Assembly (NCBI GenBank): GCA_964016885.1
Contig: OZ024740.1
Coordinates: 33,046,001-33,110,000 of the forward strand
Origin: Eledone cirrhosa
Taxonomy: Eukaryota
Length of the DNA: 64,000 nucleotides
Reading direction: 5' to 3'
Shown: positions 47,583-62,400 of the stretch, in pieces
How positions within the stretch are numbered: position 1 is the stretch's first letter
Layout of the letters: each line of letters starts with the position of its first letter
The notes under the pieces: model-generated
What the model was told of the DNA's origin: nothing
Database searches by the model: none
Seen by the model: the letters and a program-made list of their open reading frames with translations, nothing else
Position numbers and translations under genes: made by a program

Positions 47583-49495
47583 TCATCATCATCATCATCA
47601 TCATCATTTTACGTCCGCTTTTCCCTGCTTGCAAGGGTGGGACGGGTCTTATTCAGCACAGCATCTCTCCACTCGTCACGGTCCCTCGTCATCTCCACCG
47701 TGAGCTTCAATGATCTGAGGTCTGTTCTCACCACCTCCGCCCATGTTTTTCGTGGTCTACCTCTACCACGTCTTCCTTCAACTGGCATTTCCTGGCACTT
47801 CTTCACCCATCGGTCATCCTCCATGCGCATCACATGTCCATACCACCTCAGTCTCCTCTCCCGTACACTACATTCTATCCCTCTCAGACACAGTTTCTCT
47901 CTCAACACATTTATGCTGGGTCGTTCACGCACATTTACACTGCACATCCAACGGAGCATGCTTGCCTCATTTCTCTCCAGCCGTCGCATATCCTCTGCGG
48001 TTGCCGCCCATGTCTCACTACCATGCAGCATCGCGCTCCTCACACAGGCATCATACAACCGGCCTTTCGTACGCAGGGAGAAACCCTTCTTCGTCAACAG
48101 AGGAAGCAGCTCCCTAAACTTCTTCCAACACGTCCTTATTCTAGATACTATGGCCTCGGAACACCCTCCTCCCATGCTAATCTGATCTCCTAGGTACCGG
48201 AAGCTATCCACCACTTCGATAGCGCCCTCTCGCATTTGAAAAATGTGTCTATCAGTGCGACTTCTACTGTCTAATTTCCCTGTACATCTACTGCATACAT
48301 ATTTCTCCCTACCTGTTAGTTTGCCTGCTATCCCGCTACATCTCTTGTGTACCCAGGACCTGCATTGTGTGCATTTTATAGAATTTATGCCAGTTCCTTT
48401 TCTGCATATCGAACATGGCCATTTCCCTGACGGAATCAGGGTTTTGTCCTCTTTTCTACTCATCAACACTTTTGTCTTAGCTAGATTTACTCTCAGTCCT
48501 CTTGCTTCCAACTGCTGTTTCCATAGCCGGAATTTATTCTCTAGCTCCTCTACTGATTCTGCTATAAGAGCCAGATCGTCAGCATAGAGAAGTTCCCATG
48601 GACAGCCAGTCTTAAACTCCTCTGTTATGGCTTGGAGGACTATAATGAACAAGAGCGGGCTGAGGACCGAACCCTGATGTACTCCTACTTGTATCTGGAA
48701 TTCCTCACTAAACTCCATTCCTACCCTGACTTTACTGAGAGTACCTCTGTACAAAGTTTGCACTGTCCTCACAAGCCATTCCTCAACACCTTGCTTCCTT
48801 AGGGACCACCAGATGACAGATCGGGGTACCCTATCAAAGGCCTTCTCTAGGTCAACAAAGGCTAAGTATAGTGGCTTATTCTTCTCTAAGAACCTCTCTT
48901 GCATTTGTCTCACCAAGAAGAGGGCATCTGTTGTACTCTTCCCAAGCACAAAACCAAACTGCATCTCATCTAGTTTGACCCTTTCTCTAATTAGTTGTGC
49001 TAAAATCCTTTCTGCCACTTTCATAACCTGATCTATCAGTTTTATACCCCTATAATTGCTCCTCTCCAAAGCATCCCCTTTACCTTTGTAGCAATTTATG
49101 AGAATACTGCTGCACCAGTCTTTGGGTATGACACCACCATATATAGCCTGATTGATGATGCATGCAACCAGTTTAGTGCCTACGTCCCCTGATGCATTCA
49201 GCATCTCAGCAACTATTCCCGATGGTCCGGCCGCCTTACCATTTTTCATTTCCCTAATCGCCTCTTGGACCCTATATTTGTCAATCTCAATAGCTGGTCC
49301 CTCTGTCGGATCTACCAAGGGTAATTTTTCTCTCTCCCATTCGTTCTCCACATTCATCAGTCTCTCATAATGACATTTCCAGGCCTCCTTTTTCTGGTCA
49401 TTCGTGACACTAAGTACACCGGCATCATCCCGGACACATTTATCTCCAACAACATCCTGATTTGCATTGACACACTGCCTTGCAATGTGGAACAA
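47583..49495 (-). mobile_element. RTE LINE subfamily C, 5'-truncated
   Basis: (CAT)n tail; TAGGTATATATAT on both flanks (47571, 49502) is a candidate TSD. Confidence 0.93.
47609..49495 (-). CDS. Uninterrupted 628-aa RTE RT + PHD-like finger ORF (no endonuclease, no native start)
   Basis: NYRGIKL, DLEKAFD, QGSVLSP, YADD, CSIC..CTQC..H..C..CSRC, FRYLG; the stop codon abuts the tail. Confidence 0.85.
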   Translation of the reverse strand: MFHIARQCVNANQDVVGDKCVRDDAGVLSVTNDQKKEAWKCHYERLMNVENEWEREKLPLVDPTEGPAIEIDKYRVQEAIREMKNGKAAGPSGIVAEMLNASGDVGTKLVACIINQAIYGGVIPKDWCSSILINCYKGKGDALERSNYRGIKLIDQVMKVAERILAQLIRERVKLDEMQFGFVLGKSTTDALFLVRQMQERFLEKNKPLYLAFVDLEKAFDRVPRSVIWWSLRKQGVEEWLVRTVQTLYRGTLSKVRVGMEFSEEFQIQVGVHQGSVLSPLLFIIVLQAITEEFKTGCPWELLYADDLALIAESVEELENKFRLWKQQLEARGLRVNLAKTKVLMSRKEDKTLIPSGKWPCSICRKGTGINSIKCTQCRSWVHKRCSGIAGKLTGREKYVCSRCTGKLDSRSRTDRHIFQMREGAIEVVDSFRYLGDQISMGGGCSEAIVSRIRTCWKKFRELLPLLTKKGFSLRTKGRLYDACVRSAMLHGSETWAATAEDMRRLERNEASMLRWMCSVNVRERPSINVLREKLCLRGIECSVRERRLRWYGHVMRMEDDRWVKKCQEMPVEGRRGRGRPRKTWAEVVRTDLRSLKLTVEMTRDRDEWRDAVLNKTRPTLASREKRT

Positions 49496-49892
49496 AATAT
49501 ATAGGTATATATATATATATATATATATATATTAGGTGTCTGTGATATATATACACTGGTCATTGACATACACACACATTCACATATATATATACACAAC
49601 ACCACCAGCTCTCTCTTCCATTCTCCTTCTCTGTCTCCTCTCCCTCTCTCTATGTCTTTTTTCAATCTACTCTCTCACAACCACTATCTCTTTCTCTCTC
49701 TCTCAGTTTATGAAGGTACCCAGAAAAACCCCATATCTCGGGAACCCGAGCTTCGATTTACGCGAAACTCATTTTATTCCATTTGTATCCCTATTTCAGG
49801 ATCAACTTCCTTTCTAAGTATTTTCCCATTATTCACCATTTTGGCTGTATTACAAGCAAGTAATCAGAGAATTTTAGTAATATATAGATAGA

Positions 49893-49967
49893 TAGATAAT
49901 TGTGTAAGATAAAGCCTTTACCGCAAAAATACAACAGTATATATAGAGTAATGTAAATGCTAAAGGG
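49893..49967 (+). mobile_element. piggyBac-type MITE family 1, right half
   Basis: GATAATTGTGTAAGATAAAGCC ... TAAATGCTAAAGGG|TTAA. Confidence 0.78.
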
Positions 49968-50219
49968 TTAAACCATCCTCTACAATCCCCATCCTGCAAA
50001 CACACACTACACCCCCCCCCCACTTTCCACATGTGATACACCTCTTTTGTCTAACCCATGCATACACACATGGAGAGTTGGACATGCTCCCCAATAATGC
50101 TCCTAAAATGACTAAAACTTCACAGTCTACTCTGTAAGGTGATCAAGCTGGTGACACAACAAATAAGCATGCAGTCTATTCTGTAAGGTGGTTATGCTGG
50201 TGACACAATGAAAAAGTAC

Positions 50220-50451
50220 TGTGATGTGCACGGACAATGATTGTTGGATGAAGAAGTGCCAGTGGAAGGAAGCTGCAGTAGAGGTAGACCAACAAAGACC
50301 TGGGCAGAGGGTGTGAGATCTGACCTCAAATCACTGAAACTTTAAGGTGATGACAAAGGATTATGGCGTGTGGAGAGATACAATGTTGAGAAGAACCCAT
50401 CCAACCCATGCAAGCGTGGAAAAGTGGGCATAAAAACAATGATGATGATGA
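50220..50451 (+). mobile_element. Degraded RTE 3' end
   Basis: WMKKC..GRPTKTWAE remnant, hairpin CCATGCAAGCGTGG and (GAT)n tail. Confidence 0.75.
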
Positions 50452-50454
50452 GAA

Positions 50455-53400
50455 CATGTCTATCTATGTATTCTGATAGAAAGAATTCATATATATATAT
50501 ATATATTCTCGATAAAAAGTGACCATCTATATATTCTAGATAGAAACATTTCACATGAAAATGTGAAATGTTTAGAAAGTGTTCATCTATATATTCTAGG
50601 TAGAAAGTGACCATCTATATATTCTAGAGAGAAAGTGTTCATCTATATATTCTAGGTAGAAAGTGACCATCTATATATTCTAGAGAGAAAGTGTTCATCT
50701 ATATATTCTAGATAGAAAATGTGCATCGATATATTCTAGATAGAAAATGTGCATCGATATATTCTAGATAGGAAGTGACCATCTAAATATTTTAGATAGA
50801 AAGTGTTCATCTATATATTCTAGATAGAAAGTGTTCATCTATATATTCTAGATAGAAAGTGTTCATCTATATATTCTAGATACAAAATGACCATCTATAT
50901 ATTCTAGATAGAAAGTGACAATCTATAAATTCTAGATAGAAAGTGACCATCTATATATTTTAGATAAAAAGTGTTCTTCTATATATTCTAGATAGAAAGT
51001 GACCATCTAAATATTTTAGATAGAAAGTGTTCATCTATATATTCTAGATAGAAAGTGTTCATCTATATATTCTAGATAGAAAGTGTTCATCTATAAGTTC
51101 AAGATAGAAAGTGACCATCTATATATTCTAGATAGAAAATGTTCATCTATATATTCTAGATAGAAAGTGACCATCTATATATTTTAGATAGAAAATGACC
51201 ATCTATATATTCTAGATAGAAAGTGACCATCTATATATTCTAGATAGAAAGTGTTCATCTATATATTCTAAAGAGAAAGTGACCATCTATATATTCTAGA
51301 TAGAAAGTGTTTGTCTATATATTCTAGATAGAAAGTGTTCCTCTATATATTCTAGATAGAAAGTGACCATCTCTATATTTTAGATAAAAAGTGTTCATCT
51401 ATATATGCTAGATAGAAAATGACAATCTATATATTCTAGGTAGAAAGTGACCATCTATATATTCTAGATAGAAAGTATTCGTCTATATATTCTAGATAGA
51501 AAGTGTTCATCTATATATTCTAGATAGAAAGTGACCATCTATATATTTTAGATAGAGAAGTGACCATCTTCATATTTTAGATAACAAGTGATCATCTATA
51601 TATTCTAGATAGAAAGTGTTCATCTATATATTCTAGATAGAAAGTGTTCATCTATATATTCTAGATACAAAATGACCATCTATATATTCTAGATAGAAAG
51701 TGACAATCTATAAATTCTAGATAGAAAGTGACCATCTATATATTTTAGATAAAAAGTGTTCTTCTATATATTCTAGATAGAAAGTGACCATCTATATATT
51801 TTAGATTGAAAATGACCATCTATATATATATTCTATATAGAAAGTGACCCTCTATATATTCTAGATAGAAGGTGTTCATCTATATATTCTAGGTAGAAAG
51901 TGACCATCTCTATATTTTAGATAAAAAGTGGTCATCAATATATTCTAGATAGAAAGTGTTCGTCTATATATTCTAGATAGAAATTGACCATCTATATATT
52001 CCAGATAGAAAGTGACCATCTCTATATTTTAGATAAAGAGTGTTCATCTATATATTCTAGATAGAAAATGAACATCTATATATTCTAGATAGAAAGTGTT
52101 CGTCTATATATTCTAGATATAAATTGACCATCTATATATTCTAGATAGAAAGTGACCATCTATATATTCTAGGTAGAAAGTGTTCATCTATATATTCTAG
52201 ATAGAAAGTGTTCATCTATATATTCTAGATAGAAAATGACCATCTATATATTTTAGATAGAAAGTGACCATCTATATATTCTAGATAGAAAGTGACCATC
52301 TATATATTCTCGATAAAAAGTGTCCATCTATATATTTTAGATAGAAAGTGTTCATCTATATATTCTAGATAGAAAGTGTTCATCTATATATTTTAGAAAG
52401 AAAGTGTTCATCTATATATTCTAGATACAAAGTGACCATCTATATATTCTAGATAGAAAGTGACAATCTATATATTCTAGATAGAAAGTGACCATCTCTA
52501 TATTTTAGATAAAAAGTGTTCATCTATATATGCTAGATAGAAAATGACAATCTATATATTCTAGGTAGAAAGTGACCATCTATATATTCTAGATAGAAAG
52601 TATTCGTCTATATATTCTAGATAGAAAGTGTTCATCTATATATTCTAGATAGAAAGTGACCATCTATATATTTTAGATAGAGAAGTGACCATCTTCATAT
52701 TTTAGATAACAAGTGATCATCTATATATTCTAGATAGAAAGTGTTCATCTATATATTCTAGATAGAAAGTGTTCATCTATATATTCTAGATACAAAATGA
52801 CCATCTATATATTCTAGATAGAAAGTGACAATCTATAAATTCTAGATAGAAAGTGACCATCTATATATTTTAGATAAAAAGTGTTCTATATATTCTAGAT
52901 AGAAAGTGACCATCTATATATTTTAGATTGAAAATGACCATCTATATATATATTCTATATAGAAAGTGACCCTCTATATATTCTAGATAGAAGGTGTTCA
53001 TCTATATATTCTAGGTAGAAAGTGACCATCTCTATATTTTAGATAAAAAGTGGTCATCAATATATTCTAGATAGAAAGTGTTCGTCTATATATTCTACAT
53101 AGAAATTGACCATCTATATATTCCAGATAGAAAGTGACCATCTCTATATTTTAGATAAAGAGTGTTCATCTATATATTCTAGATAGAAAATGAACATCTA
53201 TATATTCTAGATAGAAAGTGTTCGTCTATATATTCTGGATATAAATTGACCATCTATATATTCTAGATAGAAAGTGACCATCTATATATTCTAGGTAGAA
53301 AGTGTTCATCTATATATTCTAGATAGAAAGTGTTCATCTATATATTCTAGATAGAAAATGACCATCTATATATTTTAGATAGAAAGTGACCATCTATATA

Positions 53401-56400
53401 TTCTAGATAGAAAGTGACCATCTATATATTCTCGATAAAAAGTGTCCATCTATATATTTTAGATAGAAAGTGTTCATCTATATATTCTAGATAGAAAGTG
53501 TTCATCTATATATTTTAGAAAGAAAGTGTTCATCTATATATTCTAGATACAAAGTGACCATCTATATATTCTAGATAGAAAGTGACAATCTATATATTCT
53601 AGATAGAAAGTGACCATCTATATATTTTAGATAAAAAGTGTTCTTCTATATATTCTAGATAGAAAGTGACCATCTATATATTTTAGATAGAAAATGACCA
53701 TCTATATATTCTAGATAGAAAGTGACCATCTATATATTTTAGATTGAAAATGACCATCTATATATATATTCTATATAGAAAGTGACCCTCTATATATTCT
53801 AGATAGAAGGTGTTCATCTATATATTCTAGATAGAAAGTGTTCGTCTATATATTCTAGATAGAAATTGACCATCTATATATTCTAGATAGAAAGTGACCA
53901 TCTATTTATTCCAGATAGAAAGTGTTCATCTATATATTCTAGATAGAAAGTGACCATCTATATATTTTAGATAAAAAGTGTTCATCTTTATATTCTAGAT
54001 AGAAAGTGTTCATTATATAGTCTAGATAGAAAGTGTTCATCTATATATTCCAGATAGAAAGTGTTCATGTATATATTCTAGATAGAAAGTATTCATCTAT
54101 ATATTCTAGATAGAAAGTGACCATCTATATATTTTAGATAAAAAGTGTTCATGTATATATTCTAGATAGAAAGTGTTCATCTATATATTCTAGATAGAAA
54201 GTAACCCTCTATATATTTTAAATTGAAAATGATTATCTATCTATATATTCTAGATAGAAAGTGTTCATCTATATATTCCAGATAGAAAGTGACCATCTAT
54301 ATATTCTAGATAGAAAGTGTTCATCTATATATTCTAGATAGAAAGTGTTTATCTATATATTCTAGATAGAAAGTGTTCATCTATATATTCTAGATAGAAA
54401 GTGTTCATTTATATATTATAGATAGAAAGTGACCATCTATATATTCTAGAAAGAAAATTATCATCTATATATTTTTGATAGAAAGTGACCATCTATATGT
54501 TTTAGATAGAAAAAGACCATCTGTATATTCTAGATAAAAAGTGACCATCTATATATTCTAGATAGAAAGTGACCCTCTATATATTCTAAATAGAAAGTGT
54601 TCATCTATATATTTTAGATACAAAGTGACCATCTATATATTCTAGATAGAAAGTGACCATCTATATATTTTAGATAAAAAGTGATCATCTATATATTCTA
54701 GATAGAAATGGTTCATCTATATATTCTAGAAAGAAAATTATCATCTATATATTTTTGATAGAAAGTGACCATCTATATGTTTTAGATAGAAAAAGACCAT
54801 CTGTATATTCTAGATAAAAAGTGACCATCTATATATTCTAGACAGAAAGTGACCCTCTATATATTTTAGATAGAAAGTGTTCATCTATATATTCTAGATA
54901 GAAAGTGACCATCTATATATTCTAGATAGAAAGTGTACATTTATATGTTCTAGATAGAAAGTGACCATCTATATATTCTAGATAGAAAGTGACCCTCTAT
55001 ATATTTTAGATAGAAAGTGTTCATCTATATATTCTAGATAGAAAGTAACCATCTATATATTCTAGATAGAAAGTGTTCATTTATATATTCTAGATAGAAA
55101 GTGACCATCTATATATTTTAGATAGAAAGTGTTCATCTCTATATTCTAGATAGAAAGAGACCATCTATACATTTTAGATAGAAAGTGACCATCTATATAT
55201 ATATTCTATATAGAAAGTGACCCTCTATATATTCTAGATAGAAAGTGCTCATCTATATATTCTAGATAGAAAGTGTTCATCTATATATTCTAAATAGAAA
55301 GTGTTCATCTATATATTCTAGATAGAAAGTGACCCTCTATATATGTTAGATAAAAAATGTTCATCTATATAGAAAGTGACCATCTATATATTCTAGATAG
55401 AAAGTGTTCATCTATATATTCTAGATAGAAAGTGACCATCTAGATATTCTAGATAGTAAATGACCATCTATATATTCTAGATAGAAAGTGTGCATCTATA
55501 TATTCTAGATAGAAAGTGACAATCTCTATATTTTAGATAAAAAGTGTTCATCTATATATTCTAGATAGAAAGTGACCATCTATATATTCTAGATAGAAAG
55601 TGTTCATTTATATATTCTAGATAGAAAGTGTTCATCTATATATTCTAGATAAAAAGTGACCATCTATATATTTTAGATAGAAAGAGACCATCTTTATATT
55701 TCAGATAAAAAGTGATCATCTATATATTCTAGATAGAAATGGTTCATCTATATATTCTAGATAGAAAGTGACCATCTATATATACTAGATAGAAAATGAC
55801 CATTTATATATTTCAGATAGAATGTGACCATCAATATATTTTAAATAGAAAATGACCATATATATATTCTAGATAGAAAGTGTTCATCTATATATTCTAG
55901 ATAGAAAGTGACTATCTATATATTCTAGATAGAAAGTGTTCATCTATATATATTCTAGATAGAAAGTGTTCATCTATATATTCTAGATAGAAAGTGTTCA
56001 TCTATATATTCTAGATAGAATGTATTCATCTATATTTTCTAGATAGAAAGTGACCATCTATATATTTTAGATAGAAAGTGACAATCTATACATTTTAGAC
56101 AGAAAGAGTTCATTTATATATTCTAGATAGAAAGTGACCATCTATATATTCTAGTTATAAAGTGACCATCTATATAGTTTAGATTGAAAATGACCATCTA
56201 TCTATATATTCTATATACAAAGTGACCCTCTATATATTCTAGATAGAAAGTGTTCATCTATATATTCTAGATAGAATGTGTTCATCTATATATTCTAGAT
56301 AGAAAGTGTTCATCTATATATTTTAGATAGAAAGTGACCATCTATATATTCTAGATAGAAAGTGTTCATATATATATTCTAGATAGAAAGTGTGCATCTA

Positions 56401-59400
56401 TATATTTTAGATAGAAAGTGTTCATCTATATATTCTAGATAGAAAGTGTTCATCTATATATTCTAGATAGAAAGTGTTCATATATATATTCTAGATAGAA
56501 AGTGTGCATCTATATATTTTAGATAGAAAGTGTTCATCTATATATTCCAGATGGAAATTGACCATATATATATTTTAGATAGAAAGTGACCATCTATATA
56601 TTTTAGATAGAAAGTGACAATCCATATATTCTAGATAGAAAGTGTTCATCTATATATTCTAGATAGAAAGTGTTCATCTATATATTCTAGATGGAAAGTG
56701 TTCATCTATATATTCTAGTTAGAAAGTGACCATGTTTACATTCTAGATAGAATGTATTCCTCTATATATTCTAGATAGAAAGTGACCATCTATATATTTT
56801 AGATTGAAAATGACCATCTATATATATATTCTAGATAGAAAGTGTTCATCTATATATTCTAGATAGAAAGTCTTCATCTATATATTCCAGATAGAAAGAG
56901 TTCATATATATTTTAGATAGAAAGTGTTCATCTATATATTCTAGATAGAAAGTGACCATCTATATGTTCTAGATAGAAACTGACCCTCTATATATTTTAG
57001 ATAGAAAGTGTTCAGGTATATATTCTAGATAGAAAGTGACCATCTATGTATTCTAGATAGAAAGTGTTCATCTATATATTCTAGATAGAAAATGAACATC
57101 TATATATTTTAGATAGAAAGTGACCATCTATATATTTTAGACAGAAAGTGTTATTTTATATATTCTAGATAGAAAGTGACCATCTATATATTCTAGATAG
57201 AAAGTGTTCATCTATATATTCTAGATAGAAAGTGACCATCTATATATTTTAGATAGAAAGTGACCATCTTTATAATTTAGAAAAAATGTGACCATCTATA
57301 TATTTTAAATAGAAAATCACCATCTATATATTCTAGATAAAAAGTGACCATCTATATATTTTAGATAGAAAGTGTTCATCTATATAATCTAGACAGAAAG
57401 TGTTCATCTATATGTTCTAGATAGAAAGTGTTCATCTATATATTCTAGATAGAAAGTGACCATCTATATATTCCAGATAGAAAGTGTTCATCTATATATT
57501 CTAGAGAGAAAGTGTTCATCTATATATTTTAGATAGAAAGTGACCATCTATATATTTTAAATAAAAAGTGACCATCTATATATTTTAAATAGAAAATGAC
57601 CATCTATATATTCTAGATAGAAAGTGACCATCTATATATTTTAGATTGAAAATGACCATCTATATATATATTCCAAATAGAAAGTGTTCATCTATATATT
57701 CTAGATAGAAAGTGACTATCTATATATTCTAGATAGAAAGTGACCATCTATATATTTTAGATTGAAAATGACCATCTATACATATATTCTATATAGAAAG
57801 TGACCCTCTATATATTCTAGATAGAAAGTGTTCATCTATATATTCTAGATAGAAAGTGTTCATCTATATATTCTAAATAGAAAGTGTTCATCTATATATT
57901 CTAGATAGAAAGTGACCCTCTATATATTTTAGATAGAAAGTGTTCATCTATATATTCTAGATAGAAAGTAACCATCTATATATTCTAGATAGAAAGTGTT
58001 CATTTATATATTCTAGATAGAAAGTGACCATCTATATATTTTAGATAGAAAGTGTTCATCTCTATATTCTAGATAGAAAGAGACCATCTATACATTTTAG
58101 ATAGAAAGTGACCATCTATATATATATTCTATATAGAAAGTGACCCTCTATATATTCTAGATAGAAAGTGTTCATCTATATATTCTAGATAGAAAGTGTT
58201 CATCTATATATTCTAAATAGAAAGTGTTCATCTATATATTCTAGATAGAAAGTGACCCTCTATATATGTTAGATAAAAAATGTTCATCTATATAGAAAGT
58301 GACCATCTATATAATCTAGATAGAAATGGTTCATCTATATATTCTAGAAAGAAAATTATCATCTATATATTTTTGATAGAAAGTGACCATCTATATGTTT
58401 TAGATAGAAAAAGACCATCTGTATATTCTAGATAAAAAGTGACCATCTATATATTCTAGACAGAAAGTGACCCTCTATATATTTTAGATAGAAAGTGTTC
58501 ATCTATATATTCTAGATAGAAAGTGACCATCTATATATTCTAGATAGAAAGTGTACATTTATATGTTCTAGATAGAAAGTGACCATCTATATATTCTAGA
58601 TAGAAAGTGACCCTCTATATATTTTAGATAGAAAGTGTTCATCTATATATTCTAGATAGAAAGTAACCATCTATATATTCTAGATAGAAAGTGTTCATTT
58701 ATATATTCTAGATAGAAAGTGACCATCTATATATTTTAGATAGAAAGTGTTCATCTCTATATTCTAGATAGAAAGAGACCATCTATACATTTTAGATAGA
58801 AAGTGACCATCGATATATATATTCTATATAGAAAGTGACCCTCTATATATTCTAGATAGAAAGTGCTCATCTATATATTCTAGATAGAAAGTGTTCATCT
58901 ATATATTCTAAATAGAAAGTGTTCATCTATATATTCTAGATAGAAAGTGACCCTCTATATATGTTAGATAAAAAATGTTCATCTATATAGAAAGTGACCA
59001 TCTATATATTCTAGATAGAAAGTGTTCATCTATATATTCTAGATAGAAAGTGACCATCTAGATATTCTAGATAGTAAATGACCATCTATATATTCTGGAT
59101 AGAAAGTGTGCATCTATATATTCTAGATAGAAAGTGACAATCTCTATATTTTAGATAAAAAGTGTTCATCTATATATTCTAGATAGAAAGTGACCATCTA
59201 TATATTCTAGATAGAAAGTGTTCATTTATATATTCTAGATAGAAAGTGTTCATCTATATATTCTAGATAAAAAGTGACCATCTATATATTTTAGATAGAA
59301 AGAGACCATCTTTATATTTCAGATAAAAAGTGATCATCTATATATTCTAGATAGAAATGGTTCATCTATATATTCTAGATAGAAAGTGACCATCTATATA

Positions 59401-62400
59401 TACTAGATAGAAAATGACCATTTATATATTTCAGATAGAATGTGACCATCAATATATTTTAAATAGAAAATGACCATATATATATTCTAGATAGAAAGTG
59501 TTCATCTATATATTCTAGATAGAAAGTGACTATCTATATATTCTAGATAGAAAGTGTTCATCTATATATATTCTAGATAGAAAGTGTTCATCTATATATT
59601 CTAGATAGAATGTATTCATCTATATTTTCTAGATAGAAAGTGACCATCTATATATTTTAGATAGAAAGTGACAATCTATACATTTTAGACAGAAAGAGTT
59701 CATTTATATATTCTAGATAGAAAGTGACCATCTATATATTCTAGTTATAAAGTGACCATCTATATAGTTTAGATTGAAAATGACCATCTATCTATATATT
59801 CTATATACAAAGTGACCCTCTATATATTCTAGATAGAAAGTGTTCATCTATATATTCTAGATAGAATGTGTTCATCTATATATTCTAGATAGAAAGTGTT
59901 CATCTATATATTTTAGATAGAAAGTGACCATCTATATATTCTAGATAGAAAGTGTTCATATATATATTCTAGATAGAAAGTGTGCATCTATATATTTTAG
60001 ATAGAAAGTGTTCATCTATATATTCCAGATGGAAATTGACCATATATATATTTTAGATAGAAAGTGACCATCTATATATTTTAGATAGAAAGTGACAATC
60101 CATATATTCTAGATAGAAAGTGTTCATCTATATATTCTAGATAGAAAGTGTTCATCTATATATTCTAGATGGAAAGTGTTCATCTATATATTCTAGTTAG
60201 AAAGTGACCATGTTTACATTCTAGATAGAATGTATTCCTCTATATATTCTAGATAGAAAGTGACCATCTATATATTTTAGATTGAAAATGACCATCTATA
60301 TATATATTCTAGATAGAAAGTGTTCATCTATATATTTTAGATAGAAAGTCTTCATCTATATATTCCAGATAGAAAGAGTTCATCTATATATTTTAGATAG
60401 AAAGTGTTCATCTATATATTCTAGATAGAAAGTGACCATCTATATGTTCTAGATAGAAACTGACCCTCTATGTATTTTAGATAGAAAGTGTTCAGGTATA
60501 TATTCTAGATAGAAAGTGACCATCTATGTATTCTAGATAGAAAGTGTTCATCTATATATTCTAGATAGAAAATGAACATCTATATATTTTAGATAGAAAG
60601 TGACCATCTATATATTTTAGACAGAAAGTGTTATTTTATATATTCTAGATAGAAAGTGACCATCTATATATTCTAGATAGAAAGTGTTCATCTATATATT
60701 CTAGATAGAAAGTGACCATCTATATATTTTAGATAGAAAGTGACCATCTTTATAATTTAGAAAAAATGTGACCATCTATATATTTTAAATAGAAAATCAC
60801 CATCTATATATTCTAGATAAAAAGTGACCATCTATATATTTTAGATAGAAAGTGTTCATCTATATAATCTAGACAGAAAGTGTTCATCTATATGTTCTAG
60901 ATAGAAAGTGTTCATCTATATATTCTAGATAGAAAGTGACCATCTATATATTCCAGATAGAAAGTGTTCATCTATATATTCTAGAGAGAAAGTGTTCATC
61001 TATATATTTTAGATAGAAAGTGACCATCTATATATTTTAAATAAAAAGTGACCATCTATATATTTTAAATAGAAAATGACCATCTATATATTCTAGATAG
61101 AAAGTGACCATCTATATATTTTAGATTGAAAATGACCATCTATATATATATTCCAAATAGAAAGTGTTCATCTATATATTCTAGATAGAAAGTGACTATC
61201 TATATATTCTAGATAGAAAGTGACCATCTATATATTTTAGATTGAAAATGACCATCTATACATATATTCTATATAGAAAGTGACCCTCTATATATTCTAG
61301 ATAGAAAGTGTTCATCTATATATTCTAGATAGAAAGTGTTCATCTATATATTCTAAATAGAAAGTGTTCATCTATATATTCTAGATAGAAAGTGACCCTC
61401 TATATATTTTAGATAGAAAGTGTTCATCTATATATTCTAGATAGAAAGTAACCATCTATATATTCTAGATAGAAAGTGTTCATTTATATATTCTAGATAG
61501 AAAGTGACCATCTATATATTTTAGATAGAAAGTGTTCATCTCTATATTCTAGATAGAAAGAGACCATCTATACATTTTAGATAGAAAGTGACCATCTATA
61601 TATATATTCTATATAGAAAGTGACCCTCTATATATTCTAGATAGAAAGTGTTCATCTATATATTCTAGATAGAAAGTGTTCATCTATATATTCTAAATAG
61701 AAAGTGTTCATCTATATATTCTAGATAGAAAGTGACCCTCTATATATGTTAGATAAAAAATGTTCATCTATATAGAAAGTGACCATCTATATAATCTAGA
61801 TAGAAAGTGTTCATCTATATATTCTAGATAGAAAGTGACCATCTAGATATTCTAGATAGTAAATGACCATCTATATATTCTAGATAGAAAGTGTGCATCT
61901 ATATATTCTAGATAGAAAGTGACAATCTCTATATTTTAGATAAAAAGTGTTCATCTATATATTCTAGATAGAAAGTGACCATCTATATATTCTAGATAGA
62001 AAGTGTTCATTTATATATTCTAGATAGAAAGTGTTCATCTATATATTCTAGATAAAAAGTGACCATCTATATATTTTAGATAGAAAGAGACCATCTTTAT
62101 ATTTCAGATAAAAAGTGATCATCTATATATTCTAGATAGAAATGGTTCATCTATATATTCTAGATAGAAAGTGACTATCTATATATACTAGATAGAAAAT
62201 GACCATTTATATATTTCAGATAGAATGTGACCATCAATATATTTTAAATAGAAAATGACCATATATATATTCTAGATAGAAAGTGTTCATCTATATATTC
62301 TAGATAGAAAGTGACTATCTATATATTCTAGATAGAAAGTGTTCATCTATATATATTCTAGATAGAAAGTGTTCATCTATATATTCTTGATAGAAAGTGT

